Assembly: GCA_033763315.1 (NCBI GenBank)
Contig: JANRKS010000011.1
Span: 128,001-192,000, forward strand
Source: Deltaproteobacteria bacterium
Lineage (GTDB): Bacteria > Myxococcota_A > Polyangia > Fen-1088
DNA length: 64,000 nt
Direction of reading: 5' to 3'
Shown: positions 21,538 through 31,742 of the stretch, one piece after another
How positions within the stretch are numbered: position 1 is the stretch's first letter
How the letters are laid out: every line of letters begins with the position of its first letter
Made by a program: the position numbers and the translations under genes
Notes under the pieces: model-generated
What the model saw: only the letters and a program-made list of their open reading frames with translations
What the model was told of the DNA's origin: nothing
The model's database searches: none

Positions 21538-24483
21538 GTGGCTGCTAAAAAAACCAAACCGGCTGCCCGCCCTGCGGTGGCGGCCGAGCCTGACTTTATC
21601 CAGGTGCGGGGCGCGCGCGAGCACAACCTGCACATTGATGAACTCACCGTGCCCAAGCGCCAGCTTGTGGTGTTCACGGGCGTTTCGGGATCAGGCAAAT
21701 CGTCGCTGGCCTTCGATACTTTGTATGCGGAAGGGCAGCGGCGGTACGTTGAATCGTTGTCGTCCTACGCGCGGCAGTTCTTGGGCCAAATGGAAAAGCC
21801 CAAGTACGAATCGCTGCGCGGTTTATCGCCCACGATAGCGATCGAGCAAAAGTCGGCGTCGTCGAACCCGCGATCTACCGTGGGCACGGTGACCGAGATT
21901 TACGATTACCTGCGCGTGTTTTACACACGGGTGGGTGATCAGCGTTGCCACCTGTGTGGCGGCGCTGTGTCCGCCCGGTCGGCGGCTGAGATCGTGGATG
22001 AATTGCTGACTTTGCCGCCGCAAACCAAGGCCGTGCTGATGGCGCGCAAGGCGGACAACCGCAAAGGCGAGTTCCGCGACGTGTTCGACGAGGCCCGCAA
22101 GGCTGGTTTTGCGCGCGTGCGCATCAACGGCACGGTGCAACGCCTGGACGAGGTGCGCAGCCTCGACAAGAACAAGAAGCACACAGTCGACATCGTGGTG
22201 GATCGCGTGACGCTGGAGGCAAGCAGCCGCGCGCGCATCACAGATTCCGTTGAATCCGCGCTCAAAGAAGGCGCGGGCGTGTTGGTGGTGGAAGTGGAAG
22301 GAGAGCGCCTCGACCGCATGTACAGCGAAAGCCGCGCGTGCGGCTCATGCGGCGCCAGTTTGCCCGAGCTTTCACCGCAGTCATTTTCGTTTAACAGCCC
22401 GCTCGGTATGTGCATCGATTGCAATGGCCTGGGTTCGTCGCTGGAAGTGGATCCTGAGCTTGTGGTGCCCGATCCGTCGCTGTCGATCGGCGAAGGCGCC
22501 ATCGAGCCGTGGGGCGAGAAAGCCGGCAATGAGAAGGGGTGGACAGCGAGCATTGCCAAGGCGCTGAATCGCCAATATGCGATCCCGCTCGATAAACCCT
22601 GGAAGAACTTAACCGCGCGGCAACGCGAGATTGTGTTGTTCGGCAACGGCGACGACGAGCGCCTGGACGTTAAGTGGAAGGGCGCCAACAGCACGGGCTC
22701 GTGGGCGATGAAGTTCTCCGGCGTGGTAAATACGATTAAGCGCCGCCTGCAGGACACGCAATCAGAGATGATGCGCCAGTGGTACACGCGCTATTTTCGC
22801 GAGACGGAATGCCGCGCGTGCAAGGGCCAACGTCTGCGCCCCGAATCGCGCGCGGTGTGCCTCGGTGAAAAGAGCATCGTCGACGTCACGTCGATGACTG
22901 TGGTTGAAGCGGCCCGCCACTTCGAGACGCTGAAGCTCAAGGGCGCCAAGGCACAGATCGCCGAGGAGATCCTGAAAGAGATTCGCAACCGCTTGGGCTT
23001 TCTGCTGAACGTGGGCCTTGAATACCTCACGTTGGATCGCGGGGCGGCCACACTTTCGGGCGGCGAAGCGCAGCGCATTCGCTTGGCCTCGCAGCTGGGC
23101 TCCGAACTTTCTGGCGTGATGTATGTGTTGGATGAGCCGTCGATCGGTCTACACCAGCGCGACAACCGCCGTTTGATCGAAACGCTGCGCCGGCTGCGCG
23201 ATCTGGGCAACAGCGTGCTGGTGGTGGAGCACGATCAGGAAACCATCGAAGCGGCTGACTGGGTGATCGATTTCGGTCCTGGCGCAGGCCGTTTGGGTGG
23301 TCACGTGGTGGCCGAAGGCACGCCAGCGCAAGTGGCGGCCACAAAGAAGTCTCTGACCGGGCGGTACCTTTGCGGCGCCATCGAGATCGAAGTGCCCAAG
23401 CAACGCCGCAAGCCCGTGGGCTTCTTGAAAGTCAAAGGCGCACGCGAGCACAACCTCAAAAACATCGATGTCAACATCCCCTTGGGCGTGTTGGCCGCGG
23501 TGACTGGCGTTTCAGGCGCGGGCAAATCCAGTTTGGTTGACGGCATCTTGCGGCCGGCGTTGCGCCGCAAATTGCTGGGCGCCCTCGATCCGGTGGGCAA
23601 GTTCGATGGGCTCGAAGGCGTGGAGCAGATCGATAAGATCATTGACATCGATCAAAAGCCCATTGGGCGCACGCCGCGATCGAATCCGGCCACGTACACA
23701 AAAGCGTTCGATCTGATCCGCGACATTTTTGCCGAGACACCCGAGGCGCGCGCGTTTGGCTACAAGCCGGGGCGTTTCTCGTTCAACGTCAAGGGCGGTC
23801 GGTGCGAAGCGTGTGAGGGCGATGGCGTGCGCAAAGTGGAGATGCACTTTTTGCCCGACGTCTACGTCACGTGCGAAGTGTGCCGTGGCCAGCGGTACAA
23901 CGAAGCCACCTTGCGCGTGAAGTGGAAGGGGCTTTCGATCGCTGAGGTGCTGGACACGTCGGTGGCGGACGCTCGGCCGTTGTTTGAGAACCACCGCCAG
24001 CTCAAAGCGATTTTGCAAACACTCGATGACGTGGGCTTGGGTTACATCCACCTCGGGCAATCGGCCACCACTTTATCGGGCGGCGAAGCGCAGCGAATCA
24101 AGCTGTCACGCGAACTGGCCAAACGCGACACGGGCAAAACGCTTTACCTGTTGGACGAGCCCACAACCGGGTTGCACTTTGAGGACGTTCGACGGTTGCT
24201 GATCGTGCTGGGGCGGCTGGTGGAGCCGGGCAACACGGTGCTGGTCATTGAACACAACCTCGACGTGATCAAGGCGGCGGACTTCTTGATCGACATCGGC
24301 CCTGAAGGCGGGGCGGCGGGCGGCCAAGTTGTGGCGTTCGGCACCCCAGAAGACGTCGCCAAGGTGCGCGGCTCCTATACCGGGCAATTCCTTGCCCCCT
24401 TGTTGGCAAAGCACGCGAAGGCCACCAAAGCGCCCGCGGCGAAGCCCACGGGCCGCACCAAGCCCTCCAGCGTCCGGGCCTAG
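21538..24483 (+). CDS. uvrA: excinuclease ABC subunit A
   Basis: GAREHNL, GVSGSGKSSLAFDT, LSGGEAQRI twice, zinc fingers. Confidence 0.98.
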   Translation: MAAKKTKPAARPAVAAEPDFIQVRGAREHNLHIDELTVPKRQLVVFTGVSGSGKSSLAFDTLYAEGQRRYVESLSSYARQFLGQMEKPKYESLRGLSPTIAIEQKSASSNPRSTVGTVTEIYDYLRVFYTRVGDQRCHLCGGAVSARSAAEIVDELLTLPPQTKAVLMARKADNRKGEFRDVFDEARKAGFARVRINGTVQRLDEVRSLDKNKKHTVDIVVDRVTLEASSRARITDSVESALKEGAGVLVVEVEGERLDRMYSESRACGSCGASLPELSPQSFSFNSPLGMCIDCNGLGSSLEVDPELVVPDPSLSIGEGAIEPWGEKAGNEKGWTASIAKALNRQYAIPLDKPWKNLTARQREIVLFGNGDDERLDVKWKGANSTGSWAMKFSGVVNTIKRRLQDTQSEMMRQWYTRYFRETECRACKGQRLRPESRAVCLGEKSIVDVTSMTVVEAARHFETLKLKGAKAQIAEEILKEIRNRLGFLLNVGLEYLTLDRGAATLSGGEAQRIRLASQLGSELSGVMYVLDEPSIGLHQRDNRRLIETLRRLRDLGNSVLVVEHDQETIEAADWVIDFGPGAGRLGGHVVAEGTPAQVAATKKSLTGRYLCGAIEIEVPKQRRKPVGFLKVKGAREHNLKNIDVNIPLGVLAAVTGVSGAGKSSLVDGILRPALRRKLLGALDPVGKFDGLEGVEQIDKIIDIDQKPIGRTPRSNPATYTKAFDLIRDIFAETPEARAFGYKPGRFSFNVKGGRCEACEGDGVRKVEMHFLPDVYVTCEVCRGQRYNEATLRVKWKGLSIAEVLDTSVADARPLFENHRQLKAILQTLDDVGLGYIHLGQSATTLSGGEAQRIKLSRELAKRDTGKTLYLLDEPTTGLHFEDVRRLLIVLGRLVEPGNTVLVIEHNLDVIKAADFLIDIGPEGGAAGGQVVAFGTPEDVAKVRGSYTGQFLAPLLAKHAKATKAPAAKPTGRTKPSSVRA

Positions 24484-24689
24484 GCTTCTCGCCGCTGCCA
24501 GGTCGACCCTCTAGGCGCGACGCACAATGCGTAGCCGTGCCGGAGCGCGTCTTTACGTCAATTTTGCGCGTAAAAGCATACGACAGGTGGAATATGATCA
24601 AACGCATATGTTATATGTTGTTACATTGAGAGACACGGTGAGACGGCGCGACATCCGCGTCGACCTCCCTGTTGAAGAAGGAGCACGAC

Positions 24690-26387
24690 ATGAAGTTGGT
24701 CGTTCATCGGCTTTTATGCGCGTTTTGGATCTGTGTGGCGGGTTGTTCGGGCGGTGGGTCAGCCGGAGATGACAACGAGGACAATGCTGGTGGCAGCGAC
24801 GGCGCAGGCGGCGCCCCGCCTCCCGCAGGCGCCTGCGACCTGCCCCGGGAGCTTTTGCCCCAGCGTCGGGTGATTCGGCTTTCGCCCCAGCAGTACGCCA
24901 ACGCACTGAAGGCGAACTTCGGCTTCAAGATGGACGTGAGCCGCTTGCCGCCTGATGCCCCTTCAGGTGATGGCTTTGCGGTGTTCGACAGCAATTTCGC
25001 CGACAAGCAAATCACACCCGAACACTTCACAGTGTTTCGTGAGACCGCGGAGGCGGTGGCCAGTGACACCGCCCGCACCTTGCAGGGGTCCATGGCGTGT
25101 CTCTTTAACAAGCCCGACGATGGCTGCGTGGCGGCCTTTCTTTCAGACGTTGGCCAACGCGCGTTTCGGCGCCCTCCGTCTGAGCAAGAGCTTGCGCGCT
25201 ATCAATCGTTCTTTCGCAGCGTTGAAACCAAGTGGGACAGCCCCGCTGCCGTTCGCTTGGTGCTCGAAGCGATGCTGCAAAGCCCCGCCCACTTGTATCG
25301 CACTGAACTGGGCGGCGGCGACGCCGACAAGGTGGCTCTGACTCAATACGAACTGGCCAATGAACTCAGCTTCATGTTGGCCGATGCGCCTCCTGACGAA
25401 GCGTTGTTGGCTGCTGCAAAAGCCGGCAAGCTGAAAGACGCTGACGAAGTGAAGCAGCATGCGGAACGTTTGCTGGCAACCGATACGTCGCGCGCACGTT
25501 TGGCTTCGATGTTTGGCCAAATGTACGGCGTCACGCCGTCGAGCGCAGAAACCTTGGGCAAGGATGCCACGGCGTATCCTGGGTTCACACCTGCGTTGCG
25601 AGCGGCAATGATGAAGGAGACGCAAACGTTTGTGCAAGCCGTGTTGCAAGACGACGCTTCGCTTAAGACGATCTTCGGCGCTGACTTTTCTTATTTGAAC
25701 AACGCGTTGGCCGCCCATTACGGCGCCAACACCGCCGGCCTCGGTGACGAGTTTAAGAAGGTGTCGCTGCCCGAAGGGCGTCGTGGGTTGTTGGGCCATG
25801 CGAGCGTGCTTTCAGTCAACGCCCACAAAGATGGCTCATCGCCCGCCATACGAGGCATCGCCATCTATACAAAGCTTCTGTGCCAACCCATCCCCGCCGC
25901 CCCCCCCGGCGCCGTGGATCTGGCGAACGGCAAGATCTACGCGCCAGACAAGAATTTCACGCAAAGAGAACATTATGAGTTCGCGAAGCAGAAGGCGCCG
26001 GAGTGTATCGGTTGCCATGGGCAATTCGTGCCGCTGGGGCTCGGGCTTGAGCAGTTCGATGGGGTGGGGGCGCAGCGCTCAAGCGAATTCGGCAAACCGC
26101 TTAACACCAAGGTGCAGCTCGAAGGTTATGGCGATGACGTGGACGGCACTTACGACAGCACCTTGCCGTTGATCGACAAGCTTGTGCAAAGCGATCACGG
26201 CGCACGTTGCTTCGCCACCCAGGCAGCGTCATTCGCTTATGGGCAAGACGTGAGCAGCGACACAATGGACTCGTGCGAGACCAAGCGATTGGCATCCACG
26301 CTCAAGGACAAGAACTTCAGCGTCACACAATTGATGTTGGATCTCACACAGGTTGAGAGTTTCTACAACCGCCGCCAGGGCTCGTAG
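24690..26387 (+). CDS. DUF1592/DUF1588 multidomain lipoprotein (second paralogue)
   Basis: AAGGAG RBS; VAGC lipobox; RLSPQQY, SPAHLYR, YELANELS, SPAIRG, CIGCH. Confidence 0.88.
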   Translation: MKLVVHRLLCAFWICVAGCSGGGSAGDDNEDNAGGSDGAGGAPPPAGACDLPRELLPQRRVIRLSPQQYANALKANFGFKMDVSRLPPDAPSGDGFAVFDSNFADKQITPEHFTVFRETAEAVASDTARTLQGSMACLFNKPDDGCVAAFLSDVGQRAFRRPPSEQELARYQSFFRSVETKWDSPAAVRLVLEAMLQSPAHLYRTELGGGDADKVALTQYELANELSFMLADAPPDEALLAAAKAGKLKDADEVKQHAERLLATDTSRARLASMFGQMYGVTPSSAETLGKDATAYPGFTPALRAAMMKETQTFVQAVLQDDASLKTIFGADFSYLNNALAAHYGANTAGLGDEFKKVSLPEGRRGLLGHASVLSVNAHKDGSSPAIRGIAIYTKLLCQPIPAAPPGAVDLANGKIYAPDKNFTQREHYEFAKQKAPECIGCHGQFVPLGLGLEQFDGVGAQRSSEFGKPLNTKVQLEGYGDDVDGTYDSTLPLIDKLVQSDHGARCFATQAASFAYGQDVSSDTMDSCETKRLASTLKDKNFSVTQLMLDLTQVESFYNRRQGS

Positions 26388-26398
26388 GAGGCTGTTCC

Positions 26399-27757
26399 AT
26401 GACGACGAACTATGTGCGACGACGTGATTTGCTTCTGGGTCTGGGCGCGGGCGCGGCCTTTTTGTCGCCGTTTTCGCGCCAAGTGCATGCGCAGGCCGCT
26501 GGCAAACCAGGGCAGGGCAAGTTCATCTTGTTCTTTACCCCCAATGGCCACGCGCGATCTGACTTTGGCTCGGATGGGAACGATGCCAGCTTCAAGTTTC
26601 GCCGTGGCATGGCTGACGCCGCCAGCATGGCCGACCACATCTCGGTTGTGCGCGGCCTCTCAAATAAAGCGCAACATCCGCAGCGCCCGTTTCACGATCA
26701 GATTTCGCGACTGATGACGGTTAAAACTGGGGACATCGTGGGCACGGCCATGGGCCCGTCATTGGATCAGGCGGTAGCGGATCTGTCTGCGAAGAACCCA
26801 CTGAATCTGAAGGTCTATTGGAGCCGCTACGATAACGTCGGCACGTACCAGAACCTGTCATGGAAAAAAGCCGCTTTCCCTAACCGCAACGAAAACGATC
26901 CGCGTAAGGCGTACGCGTCGGTGTTCGGCGATTTTATGCCATCGGGCGGGGGTGAACAGAGCCCTGAGATTAAGTTGGCCCTTGAGCAAAAGAAGAGCGT
27001 GATGGACTTTCTCAAAGAAGACATCTCGATGTTCAAGACGCGTTTGACGGATTCAGACAAGAGCCGCCTGGACGTTCACCTCGATTCTGTGCGCGAATTC
27101 GAAAAGAAACTGGAATCAGCGCCGGCAGGCAGCCCTGTGGGTGGCAACGTGTGCCCGATGGACAAAGCCAAAGGGTCCTCGACGTATCCGCCACCCAACG
27201 ATTCTGGTCCCTACAATAAGGAAGCCTTCAAGGCTCACGGCGACATTCAAGCGTCGCTGTTGATCGCCTCCTTGGCGTGTGGCGCCCGCACTGCCGGTTC
27301 AATCATTTGGCAAGGCGGGGCGGGTGGGCTCAATCCCAATGGTGCTGCGGGCAAGGCAGACGATCACCACGAAGTCAGCCACAACGCAGCGCCGCGCGAC
27401 GTGTGGATATCGATCGACAATTGGTATGCGGGTCGCTACGCCGCCTTGCTCAAGGAAGCGCAAAGCGTGGGCATTCTGGATGACACCGTGGTTGCTTGGG
27501 CCACCGAGATCACCGAATCACACAGCCACAACAACGCTGTGTTCCCCATCGCAGGCGGCAAGAACTTGGGCTTCAAGCACCGCAAGTCAGTGACGTTTTC
27601 GTTCGTGGGCGATGAAAATGGCGGCCGCAACGCCGCGCGCGCGTCTGGCAACCGCAGCTTGTCGGATCTGTGGACCACGATCTACAGAGCGTGCGGCGGC
27701 CAAGGCAACTTCGGTGAGGACGTGGCGGGACCGATCAACGAAGTGTGGTCGGGCTAA
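26399..27757 (+). CDS. DUF1552 domain protein with Tat signal (second paralogue)
   Basis: VRRRDLL twin-arginine; FFTPNG, PSLDQ, HLDSVRE, HHEVSH. Confidence 0.85.
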   Translation: MTTNYVRRRDLLLGLGAGAAFLSPFSRQVHAQAAGKPGQGKFILFFTPNGHARSDFGSDGNDASFKFRRGMADAASMADHISVVRGLSNKAQHPQRPFHDQISRLMTVKTGDIVGTAMGPSLDQAVADLSAKNPLNLKVYWSRYDNVGTYQNLSWKKAAFPNRNENDPRKAYASVFGDFMPSGGGEQSPEIKLALEQKKSVMDFLKEDISMFKTRLTDSDKSRLDVHLDSVREFEKKLESAPAGSPVGGNVCPMDKAKGSSTYPPPNDSGPYNKEAFKAHGDIQASLLIASLACGARTAGSIIWQGGAGGLNPNGAAGKADDHHEVSHNAAPRDVWISIDNWYAGRYAALLKEAQSVGILDDTVVAWATEITESHSHNNAVFPIAGGKNLGFKHRKSVTFSFVGDENGGRNAARASGNRSLSDLWTTIYRACGGQGNFGEDVAGPINEVWSG

Positions 27758-27774
27758 ACGAAGAAATGCTTTTT

Positions 27775-28156
27775 GTCGGAGCCGGGCTGTAAGCCGGGTT
27801 CTGTGCCCGCGCTTGTTGCCTTGCGCGGGCGAAGGTCATTCATCTAGGCCGACCGTTGCCGGGCGGCTCAAGCGATCAACAGGAGATCTGGATTCGGTGT
27901 GGGCCGCACCGGCGGTTGCCCGCGATCTCCGACCGATCTTGCTCCAGGTGGGGTTTACCGTGCCCTCCTCGTCACCGAGGAGGCGGTGCGCTCTTACCGC
28001 ACCTTTTCACCCTTACCTTAACGGCGGTTTGTTTTCTGTGGCACTTTCCTTCAAGTCACCTTGACTGGTCGTTAACCAGCACCCTGGCCCAAGGAGCCCG
28101 GACTTTCCTCGTGGTTTGCTGTGAAGCAACCCCGCGACCTTCCATCCGGCTCCGGC
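27775..28156 (-). ncRNA. rnpB: RNase P RNA (bacterial type A)
   Basis: Minus strand carries GAGGAAAGTCCGGGCTCC, AGTGCCACAGAAAA, GGTAAACCCC and ACAGAACCCGGCTTA; ends are complementary (P1 helix). Confidence 0.95.
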
Positions 28157-28252
28157 AAAAAGCGTCGCAACTGTACCAGGCACAACCTGCCGTTGCCACT
28201 CGCACGCGCGTACCCCTTGAGTGTGAAACAGCTTTTGGGTTAAGTGGGTCGT

Positions 28253-29116
28253 ATGCGCGTTTTTACATGCTTGGCTCTCGTCATTTTGTCGGTAAGCGGC
28301 TGCCGCTCGGTGCCTGCCCCAGTCGAAAGCCAGAACGAAGGAACGCTGATGAAACAAGTGGGGCTGCAAACCTACAGTTTGCGCGGGATCATGAAGGGCG
28401 ACGTCGACGACGCGCTAAAACACATGGCCGCCATGGGCTTTCATGAAGTGGAGCTGCATGACCTTTACGGCCTGGCGCCCGACGTGATGCTTGCAAAGTT
28501 GGCGCAGCACAAACTGCACGCGCGGGGATTCATGGCCACCTTCGAGCGCCTGGAAAGCGATATGGCGGGTGCGATCGCTGACGCTGTGGCGTTGCGCGTG
28601 GATTACTTCGTGTGCCCGTGGATCCCTCACGGCGAAGTCTTTGATCACCAAGACATGGAACGCGCGCTGGGTTTGTTCGCGAAGGTTGCCGAAGCGCTTG
28701 CGCCATCAGGCATTCGCTTTGCCTATCATATGCACGGCTATGAATTTGCGCCCAGCCCCACCGGCGAGCTCTTCGCCGACCAAATGCTTAAGCGTTCTGC
28801 CGGCGCGTACGACTTCGAGATGGACGTGTATTGGTTCGTGTTCGCCGGGGCCGATCCTGTGGCGTATCTAAAGCGCTACCCGGGGCGCTTCCCGTTGCTG
28901 CACTTAAAGGACTTGCGCAAGGGCGTGGCCACAGGACCCACCAACGGCAAAGGCAACGTTGAAGACAACGTTCCGTTAGGCGAGGGCCAAGCCAACATCG
29001 CGGCGGTCGTGGCAGCCGCACGCACGCAAGGCGCGCGCTGGTTCTTCTTGGAAGACGAAAGCTCTCGTGCGCTTGAACAGCTGCCCGAGAGCCTTGCCTT
29101 CTTGCGCGGTCTTTAG
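28253..29116 (+). CDS. sugar phosphate isomerase/epimerase (xylose isomerase-like TIM barrel), possibly a lipoprotein
   Basis: GLQTYSLR, FAYHMHGYEF, FEMDVYW, LHLKD, FLEDES; N-terminal VSGC lipobox. Confidence 0.85.
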   Translation: MRVFTCLALVILSVSGCRSVPAPVESQNEGTLMKQVGLQTYSLRGIMKGDVDDALKHMAAMGFHEVELHDLYGLAPDVMLAKLAQHKLHARGFMATFERLESDMAGAIADAVALRVDYFVCPWIPHGEVFDHQDMERALGLFAKVAEALAPSGIRFAYHMHGYEFAPSPTGELFADQMLKRSAGAYDFEMDVYWFVFAGADPVAYLKRYPGRFPLLHLKDLRKGVATGPTNGKGNVEDNVPLGEGQANIAAVVAAARTQGARWFFLEDESSRALEQLPESLAFLRGL

Positions 29117-29129
29117 CCCGCGCGCTTTT

Positions 29130-29882
29130 CTACGTGGCGGTGGCGCCGGCCGCTGCGTCCGCGGCTGCCAGCTCTGCCAGCAACTCTTCGGCGTAAATGA
29201 TGCGGTGGCAGTAGGGGCAGCTTTCGATCGTCGCCCCTCGGCGGACCGTGATGTAAAGCTGCGGCGGAATGTTCATGTTGCAGGCTGAGCAAGCGCCCAA
29301 CCGAACGGGCGCCACGGCTTGCCCCTTCTTATTGCGAATGACCGCATAGCGCTTGAGTACGTCCGGGCGAAGCCTGCTGGCGAACCCTTCGCGTTCGGCT
29401 TGCAGCTTTGACAGTTGCTCTTGCGCCTCAGCGACCTTGGCGTTTGAGGCTTCTTTGTCTTTCTCGATGCCGGCGCGTAGGGCCTGAACTTCGCCGGAAC
29501 GCTCGTTGAGAACCTTCTCCTTCGCGGATACGGCTTCGACCAACTTCTTGATCTCGCCTTCGCGGCTTTGCGACATCTCGCGGGTCTGTTCGATCTCGCG
29601 CTGGGCCGCATTGGCTTCGCGCGGGTTCTTCGACTGCGAAAGCTTGTGCTTGGCGTTGTTGATCTGGCTGCCTTCCATTTCCAACAACTGGCGCTGTTCG
29701 CCTAGGTATTTGCGGGCTTCTTCAAGCTGCGTCCGCTCTTGCGAGAGCAGCGTCTCAACCCGGGCCAGGTCGGTTTCAGTGGCCACTATTTTCGCGGGGA
29801 TCGCCTTAAGAGCGTCTGTGAGCTCTTTGATCTTGGCGTCGTGTTTTTGCAATTCTTCGAGCCACTTAAGCTGGTCGCGCAA
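29130..29882 (-). CDS. coiled-coil protein with C4 zinc ribbon (DUF164/zf-RING_7 type)
   Basis: Long coiled coil then CSACNMNIPPQ...CPYCHRIIY; GGAGGA RBS before TTG 29882. Confidence 0.88.
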   Translation of the reverse strand: MRDQLKWLEELQKHDAKIKELTDALKAIPAKIVATETDLARVETLLSQERTQLEEARKYLGEQRQLLEMEGSQINNAKHKLSQSKNPREANAAQREIEQTREMSQSREGEIKKLVEAVSAKEKVLNERSGEVQALRAGIEKDKEASNAKVAEAQEQLSKLQAEREGFASRLRPDVLKRYAVIRNKKGQAVAPVRLGACSACNMNIPPQLYITVRRGATIESCPYCHRIIYAEELLAELAAADAAAGATAT

Positions 29883-29956
29883 CGGGGATCCTCCAAATGT
29901 CAAACGGGCGGGCGGGGGTTGTCAACGCAGCGGATTGCCCCTTCAATGATGGCTTG

Positions 29957-30029
29957 TGGGCCCACTAGGATTCGAACCTAGGACCAGGCGGTTATGAGCC
30001 GCCAGCTCTAACCGCTGAGCTATGGGCCC
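29957..30029 (-). tRNA. tRNA with CAT anticodon, probably tRNA-Ile2 (lysidine) rather than Met; CCA not encoded
   Basis: GGGCCCATAGCTCAGCGGTTAGAGCTGGCGGCTCATAACCGCCTGGTCCTAGGTTCGAATCCTAGTGGGCCCA folds as a cloverleaf; paired 1-72 excludes initiator Met. Confidence 0.93.
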
Positions 30030-30130
30030 CTTTTGGTGCTTTCCGTTACGTTGAGGTGCGGAGATTACCCCCGCCCACCACCAGTGTCCAGGACGCACAT
30101 CGACCAATTGAGGGGGCCACAGCAGGCGCG

Positions 30131-30934
30131 CTACGAAAGCCAGCCCGAAAGCAGTCCGACAATCAGCAGCACGCCCAACGCCACCCGGTACAACACGAAC
30201 GGCAAAACGCTTCGGGTGCGTAAAAAACGAATCAGCCACGCGATGGCCGCGTAACCCGACACCGCCGAGATGGCCAAACCCAGCAGGAGCACGCCGCCGC
30301 TCACGTCACTGGCCTTCAAAACCTGCGGCAATTCAAAGATGCCCGCGGCGCCGATCGCCGGCACGCCCAACAAGAAGCAATACCGGGCGGCGGCCTCCCG
30401 TCGTAGACCCAAGGCCATCGCGGCCATCAACGTGATGCCCGAGCGAGACACGCCGGGCACCAAGGCCAGCATCTGGGCCAGGCCCACAAGCACGGCCTCG
30501 CGCATGCCCGCGTCTTCGATGCCACGCGTGGGTGACACCCGGCGCTCGACGACCGCCATCATCACGCCCACCACGATGAGAGTGGTGGCGATGACCCACA
30601 ACGAACGCAGCGGACCCTCGATGGCGTGCTTGAACAGCAACCCGGCCACGCCCACCGGCAACGTGCCCACAACCAGATGCACCAGCTTCATGGCCTCAGG
30701 GTTCTGCAGCGGTTTCGGCGCGAACCAGGCTTTGGTCATGCGCAGCAGTTCGGGCAAGAAGTAGCCAATCACCGCCACCAACGTGCCCAACTGCAGAACG
30801 GCCGTGAACGCGGCGCCGGCGTCGTGCCACCCCAGCAGCGCGGGGAAGATGCGCAGGTGCGCGGTGGAAGAAATGGGCAGGAACTCGGTTAACCCCTGAA
30901 TCAAGCCCAACAGGGCGGCGTGCAATGGCGTCAC
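30131..30934 (-). CDS. uppP: undecaprenyl-diphosphate phosphatase
   Basis: QGLTEFLPISSTAH, PGVSRSG, multiple TMs. Confidence 0.95.
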   Translation of the reverse strand: MTPLHAALLGLIQGLTEFLPISSTAHLRIFPALLGWHDAGAAFTAVLQLGTLVAVIGYFLPELLRMTKAWFAPKPLQNPEAMKLVHLVVGTLPVGVAGLLFKHAIEGPLRSLWVIATTLIVVGVMMAVVERRVSPTRGIEDAGMREAVLVGLAQMLALVPGVSRSGITLMAAMALGLRREAAARYCFLLGVPAIGAAGIFELPQVLKASDVSGGVLLLGLAISAVSGYAAIAWLIRFLRTRSVLPFVLYRVALGVLLIVGLLSGWLS

Positions 30935-30941
30935 CCGAGGT

Positions 30942-31742
30942 TTATAGCGGAGTTACCACTTCCCCTGAAAGCACCGCGTGGTGTTTTCCGGCCGAATCTT
31001 CGATGATCAAGGCGCCCGTTTCGTCCACGTCTACAGCATGGCCCGCCAAAGTGGCGCCCTCGCGGTCGACCTTGCAGGGTTGGCCCAGCCACCCATAGCG
31101 GCGCCATTGCTGCAAAACGAAGCTTGTGCCTTCCACAACGAAGCGGTCGTAAAGCGGCTCGAACTCATTGAGAAATTGAGCGAGCAGAGTCAGGCGATCA
31201 GGTGGGGCTTCGGCCGCCAATTGCAATGAGGTGGCCCGATCTGCAAGCTCGGGGGGAAATGCTGTGAGCAAAACGTTGAGCCCTAGGCCCACGATCACGT
31301 GTTTGGTGCGCCCGTTCGTGGTGGCCATTTCAGTCAGAATGCCGCCTGTTTTTCGCAAGCCCGCGGCGGTGGGCAGCATGATGTCGTTCGGCCACTTCAA
31401 ACGGCTCTCGATGCCGATGATCCGCAGTGTCTCTGCCACGGCCACGCCGGTTAATAACGTGAGCGGCGGCAACGCACTCGGCGGCAGCGGGGGGCGCAGC
31501 ACGATCGATAAATATAGGTTCGCCCCTGCGGGAGAGTGCCAAACGCGTCCCAAGCGTCCGCGACCGGCCGTTTGCTGATCGGCTGTCACCACGGTGCCAT
31601 CGCCGCAGCCTTGATCGGCCAAGCGAGCGGCCTCATCGCTGGTTGAGCCGCAACGGGCCAGGTGCTTGAACGTGCGGCCCAACCGCCGCGTGGTCAAAAG
31701 GCCTGGCAGAACCTGCGCCCAATCGCTGGTGACGCCGTTCAT
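30942..31742 (-). CDS. birA: biotin--[acetyl-CoA-carboxylase] ligase, no N-terminal HTH
   Basis: QTAGRGRLGRVW, KWPND, KTGGILTE. Confidence 0.93.
   Translation of the reverse strand: MNGVTSDWAQVLPGLLTTRRLGRTFKHLARCGSTSDEAARLADQGCGDGTVVTADQQTAGRGRLGRVWHSPAGANLYLSIVLRPPLPPSALPPLTLLTGVAVAETLRIIGIESRLKWPNDIMLPTAAGLRKTGGILTEMATTNGRTKHVIVGLGLNVLLTAFPPELADRATSLQLAAEAPPDRLTLLAQFLNEFEPLYDRFVVEGTSFVLQQWRRYGWLGQPCKVDREGATLAGHAVDVDETGALIIEDSAGKHHAVLSGEVVTPL

Noticed and set aside
27612-28446. ORFs overlapping the rnpB region
   Set aside because: Region is explained by RNase P RNA; translations have no recognisable motifs.
29943-30239. 98-aa minus-strand ORF
   Set aside because: Runs through the tRNA and uppP 3' end.
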